Shown here in pieces: positions 1-8,607 of a stretch of 41,167 bases of DNA. Under the pieces are notes generated by a model that made no database searches, was not told the origin of the DNA, and saw only the letters and a program-made list of their open reading frames with translations. The DNA lies in IMG/VR virus record IMGVR_UViG_3300032321_000307, positions 1 through 41,167 of that record. One strand, written 5' to 3'. The first letter of the stretch is position 1; each line of letters begins with the position of its first letter. The translations under genes were made by a program, and so were the position numbers. This stretch comes from a virus (lineage: Duplodnaviria; Caudoviricetes).

Positions 1-375
1 ATGCAAAATGAACAAGCTATGCTTATGGCTCAAAAAGGTTTTCAATCACAAGAAAAAATAGCAGCTATTGAATTGGAGGGTACTTATGCAGAAACATTCG
101 CACAAGAAAGACAAGCGCTTTATGAACACGATGCTAAATTGGTACACGATGCAGCACCCTGGGTTAGAACTCTTAATGCAAGTGTCCGCCCTATTGTTGC
201 TTTCACTTTTGTAGCACTACTTTTATTTGTAGATATTGGTGGTTTTATTTGGGCAGTTAAAACTGCAGGGTTTAGCCGCGAGTCTATGGATGTTATATTC
301 TCTAGTGATGAAATGGCTATTGTAGGTTCTATTATTGGTTTCTACTTTGGCGCTAGGACTTGGGAAAAGAAATAA
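1..375 (+). CDS. Holin (3TM/GTA-type holin-like); may be 5'-truncated by the window edge
   Basis: Motif 'W..TLNASVRPIVAF', hydrophobic helices, C-terminal 'IIGFYFGARTWEK'; directly upstream of lysozyme. Confidence 0.75.
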   Translation: MQNEQAMLMAQKGFQSQEKIAAIELEGTYAETFAQERQALYEHDAKLVHDAAPWVRTLNASVRPIVAFTFVALLLFVDIGGFIWAVKTAGFSRESMDVIFSSDEMAIVGSIIGFYFGARTWEKK

Positions 376-825
376 GTGAATGTATCAAAAGCTGGCATCG
401 CTCTTATCAAACATCACGAGGGTGTGCGTAGTCGTCCCTATCGTTGCCCTGCAAACTTGTGGACTGTTGGTGTGGGTCACCTTATTGGGGATGGCAAATT
501 GTTGCCTGATTCTTATAACAGAACTTTTTCACAGGAAGAAATAGATGGAATTCTTAAATCAGACCTACGTCGCTTCGAGCTGGGAGTACATAAGATGCTA
601 CCTAACGTGTCTTTACGACAACATGAGTTTGACGCTATTGTCAGTTTTTGCTTTAATTTGGGTCTTGGATGCTTTCAAAGATCATCACTCCGTCAAGCGC
701 TTCTTCGCGGTGATAAAAAGGCGGCTATGGAATCGTTAGTTAAATATTGTCGTGCAGGTGGTAAAATACTCAGAGGTCTACAAATTCGTAGATTAGATGA
801 AAAAGCTCTTTTTGAAGGTAAATAA
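376..825 (+). CDS. Endolysin, GH24 phage lysozyme
   Basis: HEG...Y-R-C-P-A-N-L-W-T-V-G-V-G-H with E-X8-C-X5-T triad; 'FDAIVSFCFNLG'; 'GL..RR..E..LF'. GTG start. Confidence 0.93.
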   Translation: MNVSKAGIALIKHHEGVRSRPYRCPANLWTVGVGHLIGDGKLLPDSYNRTFSQEEIDGILKSDLRRFELGVHKMLPNVSLRQHEFDAIVSFCFNLGLGCFQRSSLRQALLRGDKKAAMESLVKYCRAGGKILRGLQIRRLDEKALFEGK

Positions 826-2798
826 TGCCATTAAGTAAACTAGTATTTAAACCCGGTGTTAACCGAGACCAAACTAACTACGCTTCAGAAGGTGGTTGGT
901 ATGATACTCAGCTTGTCCGCTTTAGATCAGGTTATCCTGAAAAGTTTGGTGGATGGACTGTAGCTAACTTAAATGCTTATACGGATTCTGCGCGATCTAT
1001 ATTTTCGTGGTCTACAACTGATGGATCTAGCTTACTAGGTATAGGCACTAACTCAAGAGTTTTTGTAGGAGCAGGCACTACACTATATGATATAACTCCT
1101 GTTTTTGCTACCTACACAACTTCTACAACGCCAGATACTGATAATTGTATTGGTACTACAAACGGATCTAAAACTGTTACTGTAACTCTTACAGCGCATG
1201 GATTAACCTCACTTACTTACGTAACATTTAGTGGTATTACGGGACCTACGATTGGTGGCATCCCAATAGCTGAAATGAATACAACCGTGCAAATTACAGT
1301 TATTAATGCTAATACATTTACTTTTGAAGCAACAACTACTGCAACATCTACAACTACAGGACAAGGTGGTACTGCTATTACTGCTGTGTGTTATATGCCA
1401 GCAGGGTTTCCTATTAATACAGCAGGTTTTGGTTGGGGTACAAGTACTTGGGGTCGAAGTACTTGGGGTTCTGGCTCTACAACTCCAATATTTCAACCTG
1501 CTAGACTTATTTATATGGATAAGTTTAATAATGATTTAATATTTAATACTCAATACGATACTGTATCAGGTGCAGGGGGTTACATATATTATTGGACATA
1601 TAATGCCGCATTTAGTAATGATGGTGTTTTATTAAATTCCATATCAGGAGCAGTAGCAGTACCACAAAAAGTAACTAAGATTATGTTTACACCGCAAGGT
1701 TTCTTGCTTGCATTGGGGTGTACTAATTATGATGCAACTGCAGCTGCACCTAACTACCTAGGAACTTATGATCCGCTTCTTATTCGTTGGTCTAATGTTG
1801 ATCCTGATATTGGACCTGAACCTGAAAATTGGCAACCTACTGTAACTAACACGGCAGGGTTCTTACGGCTTCAATCAGGTTCTAGAATCGTTACTGCAAT
1901 TAATACTCGACAAGAAACACTTGTGTTTACTAACCTTTCTTTAACATCATTACAATTTTTAGGTACAGCTGAAGTATTTGCAATACAAGAGTTATCTCAT
2001 AATATATCTATTATTGGTCCCAATGCTCTTGTAGGTTCTAACAATATTACTTATTGGATGGGGCGTGATCGGTTCTATACTTATTCTGGTCGTGTTGATA
2101 CTTTACCTTGTACTATTAGGCAATACATATTTACTGACCTTAACTATGATCAAAGTTCACTTATTTTTGCAGGGGTTAACAATAAGTTTACAGAAATTAT
2201 TTGGTTCTATGCTTCAGCTGACTCTAATGAAATTGATCGTTATGTTGTATTTAATTATCTTGAAAATATTTGGTATTATGGACAACTAGAAAGAACCGCA
2301 TGGATTGATTCTGGTGTCTTTAATAACCCTGTAGGATTATCTGATGGTTGGGTATACCAACATGAAAGTGGTACTGACGATGGTCAACCACTAGGAGCGC
2401 CTCCTCTTCCTATCACTGCTTATATTCAGTCTGCTGATATTGATATTGAGGATGGCGATAAATTTATGTTAATACGTCGTGTTATACCAGATATTAATTT
2501 TATAGGTTCTGAGACCACTAATCCTGTTACAGGTGCTACAATTATTCCTGAAGCAGATATTACTGTGGGGGTACGTAACTTCCCTGGTGCCGCATCATCA
2601 ATTACCAACGCAGAAGGACAAACTACAGATGCTACAGTCGTAACTGCTACAGCTACAGTTGACCAATATACAAACCAAGTATTTATTAGGGCTCGAGGCC
2701 GACAAATGAACTTTAAGATTGCGTCTGACACAGTAGGTACACAATGGCAACTAGGTTTACCAAGAGTTGATGCACGACCAGATGGAACGAGGTCATAA
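825..2798 (+). CDS. Tail tubular/DNA stabilisation protein (P22 gp10-like)
   Basis: 657 aa, beta-rich; N-terminal 'FKPGVNRDQT..EGGWYD..VRFR.GYPEKFGGW', 'IRWS', C-terminal 'RARGRQ...W.LG.PR.D.RPDG'; late-gene position. Confidence 0.7.
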   Translation: MPLSKLVFKPGVNRDQTNYASEGGWYDTQLVRFRSGYPEKFGGWTVANLNAYTDSARSIFSWSTTDGSSLLGIGTNSRVFVGAGTTLYDITPVFATYTTSTTPDTDNCIGTTNGSKTVTVTLTAHGLTSLTYVTFSGITGPTIGGIPIAEMNTTVQITVINANTFTFEATTTATSTTTGQGGTAITAVCYMPAGFPINTAGFGWGTSTWGRSTWGSGSTTPIFQPARLIYMDKFNNDLIFNTQYDTVSGAGGYIYYWTYNAAFSNDGVLLNSISGAVAVPQKVTKIMFTPQGFLLALGCTNYDATAAAPNYLGTYDPLLIRWSNVDPDIGPEPENWQPTVTNTAGFLRLQSGSRIVTAINTRQETLVFTNLSLTSLQFLGTAEVFAIQELSHNISIIGPNALVGSNNITYWMGRDRFYTYSGRVDTLPCTIRQYIFTDLNYDQSSLIFAGVNNKFTEIIWFYASADSNEIDRYVVFNYLENIWYYGQLERTAWIDSGVFNNPVGLSDGWVYQHESGTDDGQPLGAPPLPITAYIQSADIDIEDGDKFMLIRRVIPDINFIGSETTNPVTGATIIPEADITVGVRNFPGAASSITNAEGQTTDATVVTATATVDQYTNQVFIRARGRQMNFKIASDTVGTQWQLGLPRVDARPDGTRS

Positions 2799-3073
2799 TG
2801 TCTAATGTTCGTAGACCAAAAGCGCCTAACTTACCTATACCTACGATAGCGTATAGTCAGACGTACACAGAATCTTTTAGTAATGCATTACGTTTATATT
2901 TTAATACTGTGGATTCGGTTTTTAATGACTTATTAACCCCAACTGCAGGCACTACAGCCGCTCGTCCAACCGTTGGTTTACAAATAGGACAACAATATTT
3001 TGATACAACAATTAATAGACCCATTTGGTGGAACGGAACTAATTGGATAAATGCTGCAGGAACTGTGGTTTAA
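2798..3073 (+). CDS. Small virion/tail-associated protein
   Basis: 'LRLYFN' plus C-terminal 'GTTAARP...GQQYFDTT..PIWWNGTNW' motif typical of tail-fibre/tailspike C-termini; start overlaps upstream stop. Confidence 0.6.
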   Translation: MSNVRRPKAPNLPIPTIAYSQTYTESFSNALRLYFNTVDSVFNDLLTPTAGTTAARPTVGLQIGQQYFDTTINRPIWWNGTNWINAAGTVV

Positions 3074-3075
3074 CG

Positions 3076-3104
3076 TTGTATCGGCACTTTATTAATGATA
3101 TTAT
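3076..3104 (+). promoter_or_regulatory. Putative sigma70 promoter before the ejection-protein cluster
   Basis: TTGTAT-N17-TATTAT with TG extended -10, in the only sizeable gap of the late operon. Confidence 0.45.
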
Positions 3105-3128
3105 TACACTAATTCTTAAGGACTTTTT

Positions 3129-4829
3129 ATGGCACTTCATTCTACAGCACAAGGTTTAGCAACTCTAGGTCGACATGGTGACTCTGTATTGGTTCATATG
3201 CAACCGCAAGAAGTTGCCGGCTTACAGGCTCTAGCTAAATCTCAAGGTACTTCCCTTACTGTTAACCCTAATACAGGTATGCCAGAAGCGTTTAATCTAG
3301 GTAACTTTTTTACTAGTTTATTACCTACTCTTGCAGGCTTTATGGTTGGTGGTCCTGCAGGTGCTGCTATGGGACTTGAAAGCACAGCGGCAACATTAGC
3401 TCCTATTGCAGCTGGCGTGGCTACTGGTGCAGCAGTTGCTGGTGCTAAAGGTGAAGATGTGCTAAGTGGCGCTTTAATGGGAGGCCTTGGCGGATATGGT
3501 GGTGGAAATTTAGGTAGTGCGTTTGGTACAATGGGTGGCGCTGGAGTTGCTACACCGGCAATATCTAGTGGACAAGGTATTAACTTAACTGCTAATAATC
3601 TTACCGCACCTGCAATATCAAACCCTAATATGATTGGTCAAGCATTAGATAAAAGTGTAAATAACCTATCAAGTACACTAACTAATCCTTTAGGTACAGG
3701 TACAGGCGCCGCAAATATTGATCTCACTAAATTATATAGTCCAAGTTCATCACCAGATTTACTTTCTGGACTTAATAAAGTACCTGGTCAAGCCGGGCTT
3801 CCTATCTCGTCAAATGCTTTAGATTTAGCTCGTCCTCCGTCAGGATTTGATAGTATGCTATCAGGTGCAGGTAAATTTGCTTCTGACCCAATAGGCCAAT
3901 ATGATGCATTTAAAGCAGCAGGTGGATCTGGATATCAATTAGGTGCTCCATTAGCTATGGCAGGGTTATCTGCTATGCAACCAGAACCATATGACTTTGC
4001 TGCAGATGAAGCTAAACGTAAAGCCGAAGAAAATAAATACAGAGACCCTATAACAGGCAAACTTAACCTAAGTGCATCTTCAGGACTTAATCTTACAGGG
4101 TTTGCGATGGGTGGCCAAGTTGATCTGAATCCTTCTGTAGGAGGTGGAATATCTGATTTGTATAATCGTCCAGAAGGTGCTACAACCCAATCAATTTCTA
4201 GTGATGGATATGGTATGGGTAGATTAGATAGACTATCACAAGAAGGTTCACTCGCTAAAGCAGCTGATATGTTCTACGCTGCAGGCGGCCCAGTAAGTTT
4301 TGCAGATGGTGGTGATACAGGCATGAACTTAGATGAACTTCCATCACTTAATGTGAATACTGGAAAGTCAGCAGCTTATAATAATCCAAGCAAACAATAT
4401 ACTCAAAGAGTTCCTATATTGGGTCCAGGAGGCCTTAGATATGAAACAACGTCTTCTATAAGAACCCCCGTTTTAAATTCAGGAAAACTTTCTTTTGAAA
4501 TGAGACCGGTTCAAGCTCCTCCTCCTAATTCATTAGCACAAAGAATTGCTAATCGTCAGCAACAAACTATGGCTAAAGGCGGTTATTTAAATGGTGCTGG
4601 TGATGGTATGTCTGACTCAATACCTGCTACAATAGAAGGAAAACAACCAGCTCGTTTAGCTGACGGAGAATTTGTAGTGCCAGCAGATGTAGTAAGTCAT
4701 CTAGGTAACGGCTCTTCTAAAGCTGGATCGAAAAGATTATATGCTATGTTAGACAAAGTAAGACACGCACGTACAGGAAATAAAAAACAAGGTAAACAAA
4801 TTAAACCTGAAAAATACATGCCCGCATGA
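3129..4829 (+). CDS. Internal virion/DNA ejection (pilot-like) protein
   Basis: N-terminal 'GRHGDSVLVHM...NP.TG.PEAF', Gly/Ala hydrophobic zipper, C-terminal 'GDGMSDSIPA...ARLADGEFVVPADVV' motif. Confidence 0.65.
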   Translation: MALHSTAQGLATLGRHGDSVLVHMQPQEVAGLQALAKSQGTSLTVNPNTGMPEAFNLGNFFTSLLPTLAGFMVGGPAGAAMGLESTAATLAPIAAGVATGAAVAGAKGEDVLSGALMGGLGGYGGGNLGSAFGTMGGAGVATPAISSGQGINLTANNLTAPAISNPNMIGQALDKSVNNLSSTLTNPLGTGTGAANIDLTKLYSPSSSPDLLSGLNKVPGQAGLPISSNALDLARPPSGFDSMLSGAGKFASDPIGQYDAFKAAGGSGYQLGAPLAMAGLSAMQPEPYDFAADEAKRKAEENKYRDPITGKLNLSASSGLNLTGFAMGGQVDLNPSVGGGISDLYNRPEGATTQSISSDGYGMGRLDRLSQEGSLAKAADMFYAAGGPVSFADGGDTGMNLDELPSLNVNTGKSAAYNNPSKQYTQRVPILGPGGLRYETTSSIRTPVLNSGKLSFEMRPVQAPPPNSLAQRIANRQQQTMAKGGYLNGAGDGMSDSIPATIEGKQPARLADGEFVVPADVVSHLGNGSSKAGSKRLYAMLDKVRHARTGNKKQGKQIKPEKYMPA

Positions 4830-5236
4830 AACAATTACAAATAGTAAGCCCTAATTATATTCATCAAATTTGGGACCAAATAGAAACTTTTTTTGATAGA
4901 GCAATGTTAGCTGGAACAGACGATTATAATGTCGACCAGTTGAAAATGTTACTTACTGAGGGTAGACAAACCTTATTTGTATTTGTAGAAGACGAAAAGA
5001 TTATTGGCGCTTTAGCTGTAGAAATGATTAATTACCCAAACTCTCGCGTAGCATATACTTCAGCTATTGGGGGCAAGGCGTTATTTGATGAAAACACCAT
5101 TAAGCAATATGAGGACTGGGCTAAGTCTCAAGGTGCAACTAAAATTAGAGCTTGGGCAAAAGATGCTCAGGCAAGACTTTATAAAATGAAAATGGGTTTC
5201 GATATATCGACGCATATCGTGGAGAAAAATATATGA
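4826..5236 (+). CDS. GNAT-fold protein in the virion module (T7 gp13-like position)
   Basis: 'IIGAL...AIGG...WAKSQGATKIRAW...ARLYK.KMGF' resembles acetyltransferase motifs A/B. Confidence 0.55.
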   Translation: MKQLQIVSPNYIHQIWDQIETFFDRAMLAGTDDYNVDQLKMLLTEGRQTLFVFVEDEKIIGALAVEMINYPNSRVAYTSAIGGKALFDENTIKQYEDWAKSQGATKIRAWAKDAQARLYKMKMGFDISTHIVEKNI

Positions 5237-7062
5237 TTAATTTGTTCAACTGGGTAGACAAACTTGTAGGCTACTTCACTTTTAATTTTGGTGGCGGTGG
5301 TGGTGGAGGCACACAAACTTCTACAGGTACTACTTATACATCTAATATACCTGAGTATGCTAAGCCTTTCTTTGAAGAGGCAATGAAACAATCTGCTAAA
5401 GAAGTATTTACTACTGATCCTTCAGGTAACGTTACTGGTATTAAACCTGTTGCACCTTATACAGGCGAAAGAATTGTAGGGTTTACTCCAGAACAAGCGG
5501 CAATACAACAACAATTTGCGGGACTTCAAACTCCAGGACAATTTGCTCAAGCAGGTCAAGGATTAGGCGCATCGCAAGCTGCGGGTCTAATTACTTCTCA
5601 AGCGGGTTTGAATAAAGCATTAGGTTATAATCCTTCTGTTGTTTCGTCACAAAATACAGCAGCGCCAAATTTAATGAATTACCAAATGAGTGGAACTGGT
5701 AATATTATTGTTCCAACGTTACAACAATACGCAATGCAAGGTGCAACCACTGCAGGTGCAGGTGATATTAATGTTCCATCGTTACAACAATATGGAATGG
5801 ACGCAGCTCAACTAGCTTATAATCCTAATCTTACTCAATATCAAATGGGCCCAGCACAAAATGTAGCCGCTTCAAATATAGCGACACAAAATTTTGGTCA
5901 AAGTGCTGCAAATACTTACATGAGCCCCTATATACAGGCAGCTATTAATCCAGCGTTACGTGAAGCCCGTTTACAAGGTGACTTACAAAAACAAGCAGGG
6001 ATGACAGGGGCTATTGGTCGAGGTACTTTTGGTGGCGCACGTCAAGCCTTATTACAAGCAGAACAAGAGCGCGGCACTCAACGTACTATGTCAGATATTC
6101 AAGCTACAGGTATGGAAAAAGCATATCAAAATGCTCAAGCACAGTTCCAAGCAGATCAAGCGCGTCAATTACAAGCGCAACAAGCTAACCAACAATATGG
6201 TCTACAAGCTCAATTAGCTAACCAACAGGCAGGCTTAACTACAGGCCAACAAAACTTAGCCGCAAAACTTGGCGTACAGCAATTAGGTACTCAATCTAGT
6301 TTACAAGCTCAATTAGCTAACCTAACAAATGCACAACAAGCTAATGTTCAAAACTTAGCATCTAAACTACAAACCCAAGGTTTAAGTGCAGATCAAGCGC
6401 TGAAAGCGGCATTAGCTAACCAACAAACACGACAACAAACTGCACTAGCTAATCTTACTAACGAACAACAAGCTAACGTTCAAAACTTAGCGGCTAAACT
6501 ACAAACTCAGGGTTTAAATGCAGATCAAGCACTGAAAGCGGCATTAGCTAACCAACAAACACAACAAACAACACAACAACAAAACTTAGCTGCTTTACTT
6601 GGTGTACAACAGTTAGGTGCTGGTCAATCATTAGAAGCTCAAAAAGCAAATCAAGCTGCGGCCCTACAAGCAGCTCAACTTACACAACAAGGCCAACAAT
6701 ATGCTGCTGGCTTAGGTAAAGATGTAGGTTTAGCTGGACTCGCTACTGCACTTGAAGGATCTAAAGCGCTTGGTACTCTTGGTGCTGCTGAACAACAAGC
6801 TAATTTACAAAGACTTCAAGCACAAGCTACAACAGCTAAAGAAAAACAAGCTCTTCAACAACAAATTAATGATCTTGAATATCAAAAATTCATGGAACAA
6901 CAAAACAGAGCTAAACAACAACTTGAATTTTACAATGCAATGCTTCGTGGTACACCTGGTTTGGCTTCGACTCAAATTCAATATGCGCCTCAACCTTCGG
7001 CTATATCACAACTTGGTGGACTTGGTTTGGGTGCGTTAGGTCTTTCTAAAGCTTTCGGATAA
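5233..7062 (+). CDS. Internal virion/ejection protein, Gln/Ala-rich coiled coil
   Basis: Poly-Gly N-terminus, 'YMSPY', 'GTFGGARQA', ANQQ repeats, C-terminal Gly zipper. Confidence 0.65.
   Translation: MINLFNWVDKLVGYFTFNFGGGGGGGTQTSTGTTYTSNIPEYAKPFFEEAMKQSAKEVFTTDPSGNVTGIKPVAPYTGERIVGFTPEQAAIQQQFAGLQTPGQFAQAGQGLGASQAAGLITSQAGLNKALGYNPSVVSSQNTAAPNLMNYQMSGTGNIIVPTLQQYAMQGATTAGAGDINVPSLQQYGMDAAQLAYNPNLTQYQMGPAQNVAASNIATQNFGQSAANTYMSPYIQAAINPALREARLQGDLQKQAGMTGAIGRGTFGGARQALLQAEQERGTQRTMSDIQATGMEKAYQNAQAQFQADQARQLQAQQANQQYGLQAQLANQQAGLTTGQQNLAAKLGVQQLGTQSSLQAQLANLTNAQQANVQNLASKLQTQGLSADQALKAALANQQTRQQTALANLTNEQQANVQNLAAKLQTQGLNADQALKAALANQQTQQTTQQQNLAALLGVQQLGAGQSLEAQKANQAAALQAAQLTQQGQQYAAGLGKDVGLAGLATALEGSKALGTLGAAEQQANLQRLQAQATTAKEKQALQQQINDLEYQKFMEQQNRAKQQLEFYNAMLRGTPGLASTQIQYAPQPSAISQLGGLGLGALGLSKAFG
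6316..6579 (+). repeat. 132-bp (44-aa) imperfect tandem duplication inside the ejection protein gene
   Basis: ANLTNAQQANVQNLASKLQTQGLSADQALKAALANQQT starts at 6316; ANLTNEQQANVQNLAAKLQTQGLNADQALKAALANQQT starts at 6448. Confidence 0.9.
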
Positions 7063-7071
7063 GGATAAATT

Positions 7072-8607
7072 ATGAACATTATTAAAATTCAAGATCAATT
7101 AAAAAATGCACCAGATGATGCATTAGTTGGTTATGTTCAAAACCCTACAGGCCATGTACCAACCTATTTAGCGTTAAGTGAATTACAACGCAGAAAAGAA
7201 ATGCGTAATAGTTATCAAGCTAACAAGCCTGAAGAAAAAACTGTAGCTGAAGATTTAGTTCAAGAAGCTCAACCTCAACCACAACCTCAAATGGCGGGTG
7301 TAGGTGCTTTACCTGCAGGACAACCTATGATGCAAGCAATGGCTCCTCCGCCTGAAATGCCTGTACAACAAATGGCTCAAGGTGGTTTAGCTGAACTAGA
7401 TGTAGGTGATATGTTTAATGAACAAAGCTACGCTGATGGTGGTATTGTAGCATTCGGTGATGGTGGCGATGTACCAGGTTATGCTGGTCCTGATGGTTCT
7501 TATGTTAACCCAGAATTATATGGTAGACCAACTGATCAATCATTTTTAGACAAACTTAGATTTGGTTTTTCAAGTCCAAGTGAAATAAGAAAAGCTAATA
7601 TGGGCGAAGGCATGCCACAAAACCCATTTATGGGGTATATGCCAGATGCTAATAGAGACCCAATGACTATTCAAGCTCAAATAGGTGAACTCTATAGACA
7701 ATTAAATATTCCTGGTGTAGATAAAACTGCAATATATCAACAAATTAATGAGTTAGAAGGACGTAATAGACGCCCATATGACATGGGTGGATACCAACTA
7801 ACTAAAGAAGATTTAGCTCCGCCTCCGCCACCTAAACCACAAAATCAAGACAAAGGAAAAGGTGGTCCTAACCCATTTGATGCTATGATGTCTAAAGAAA
7901 AATCTTTAAAAGAACTAAGTGATGAATATATGGGTCTTCTTGGTGAAGATAAAGGAGCTAAAAGATTATCTGAAAGATTAGCTAAGATGGATGAAAAAGC
8001 TGCTAAACAAGAAGAACAAGCGCCGTGGTTAGCGTTAGCTAAAGCTGGTTTTGAAATGGCTAATACTCGTGCAGAATATGGTAAAGCTGCTGAAACTCCG
8101 TTTGCTTCTCTTGCTCGAGGTGCTGGTGCGGGTATTAAAGATTATGCTGAGTCTAAAGAAGCACTTAATAAACTTGAAGAAAAACGTTTCCTCCTTGATA
8201 ATGAATTATCTAAACAATCTCGTGCGGAACAAGTTGCAGCTCTCAATTATGGTAAAGATAGTAAGCAACACACAGAACAAATTAATAAAACAATTCAGTT
8301 AGCTAAGATGAAAGATAATACTGAAAGAGAACTTGCCAACTTAGAAAATAATACTAAACTTATTACTGCTATGCAAAAAGGCGCTTGGGATAAAAAAGAT
8401 TATTTCAAAGCTTATAATGAAGTCGCAGATAGTGATGCATTCAAACAAGCTGAAAAAGCTTACGTAAATGATAAAGGCTCTTGGGTAGTAGGTAGTCCAC
8501 AATATAATCAGTGGAAAGATCTTACAATTAAACAACTTATTAGACAATCAGAATCGCCATCTGGTACTACTGCAGATGCATGGACAAACTTCAAAAAATC
8601 TAACTAA
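7072..8607 (+). CDS. Internal virion/ejection protein
   Basis: 511 aa; 'MAQGG', 'YADGGIVAFGDGG' motifs, coiled coil; position among ejection genes; AAGGA RBS. Confidence 0.6.
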   Translation: MNIIKIQDQLKNAPDDALVGYVQNPTGHVPTYLALSELQRRKEMRNSYQANKPEEKTVAEDLVQEAQPQPQPQMAGVGALPAGQPMMQAMAPPPEMPVQQMAQGGLAELDVGDMFNEQSYADGGIVAFGDGGDVPGYAGPDGSYVNPELYGRPTDQSFLDKLRFGFSSPSEIRKANMGEGMPQNPFMGYMPDANRDPMTIQAQIGELYRQLNIPGVDKTAIYQQINELEGRNRRPYDMGGYQLTKEDLAPPPPPKPQNQDKGKGGPNPFDAMMSKEKSLKELSDEYMGLLGEDKGAKRLSERLAKMDEKAAKQEEQAPWLALAKAGFEMANTRAEYGKAAETPFASLARGAGAGIKDYAESKEALNKLEEKRFLLDNELSKQSRAEQVAALNYGKDSKQHTEQINKTIQLAKMKDNTERELANLENNTKLITAMQKGAWDKKDYFKAYNEVADSDAFKQAEKAYVNDKGSWVVGSPQYNQWKDLTIKQLIRQSESPSGTTADAWTNFKKSN

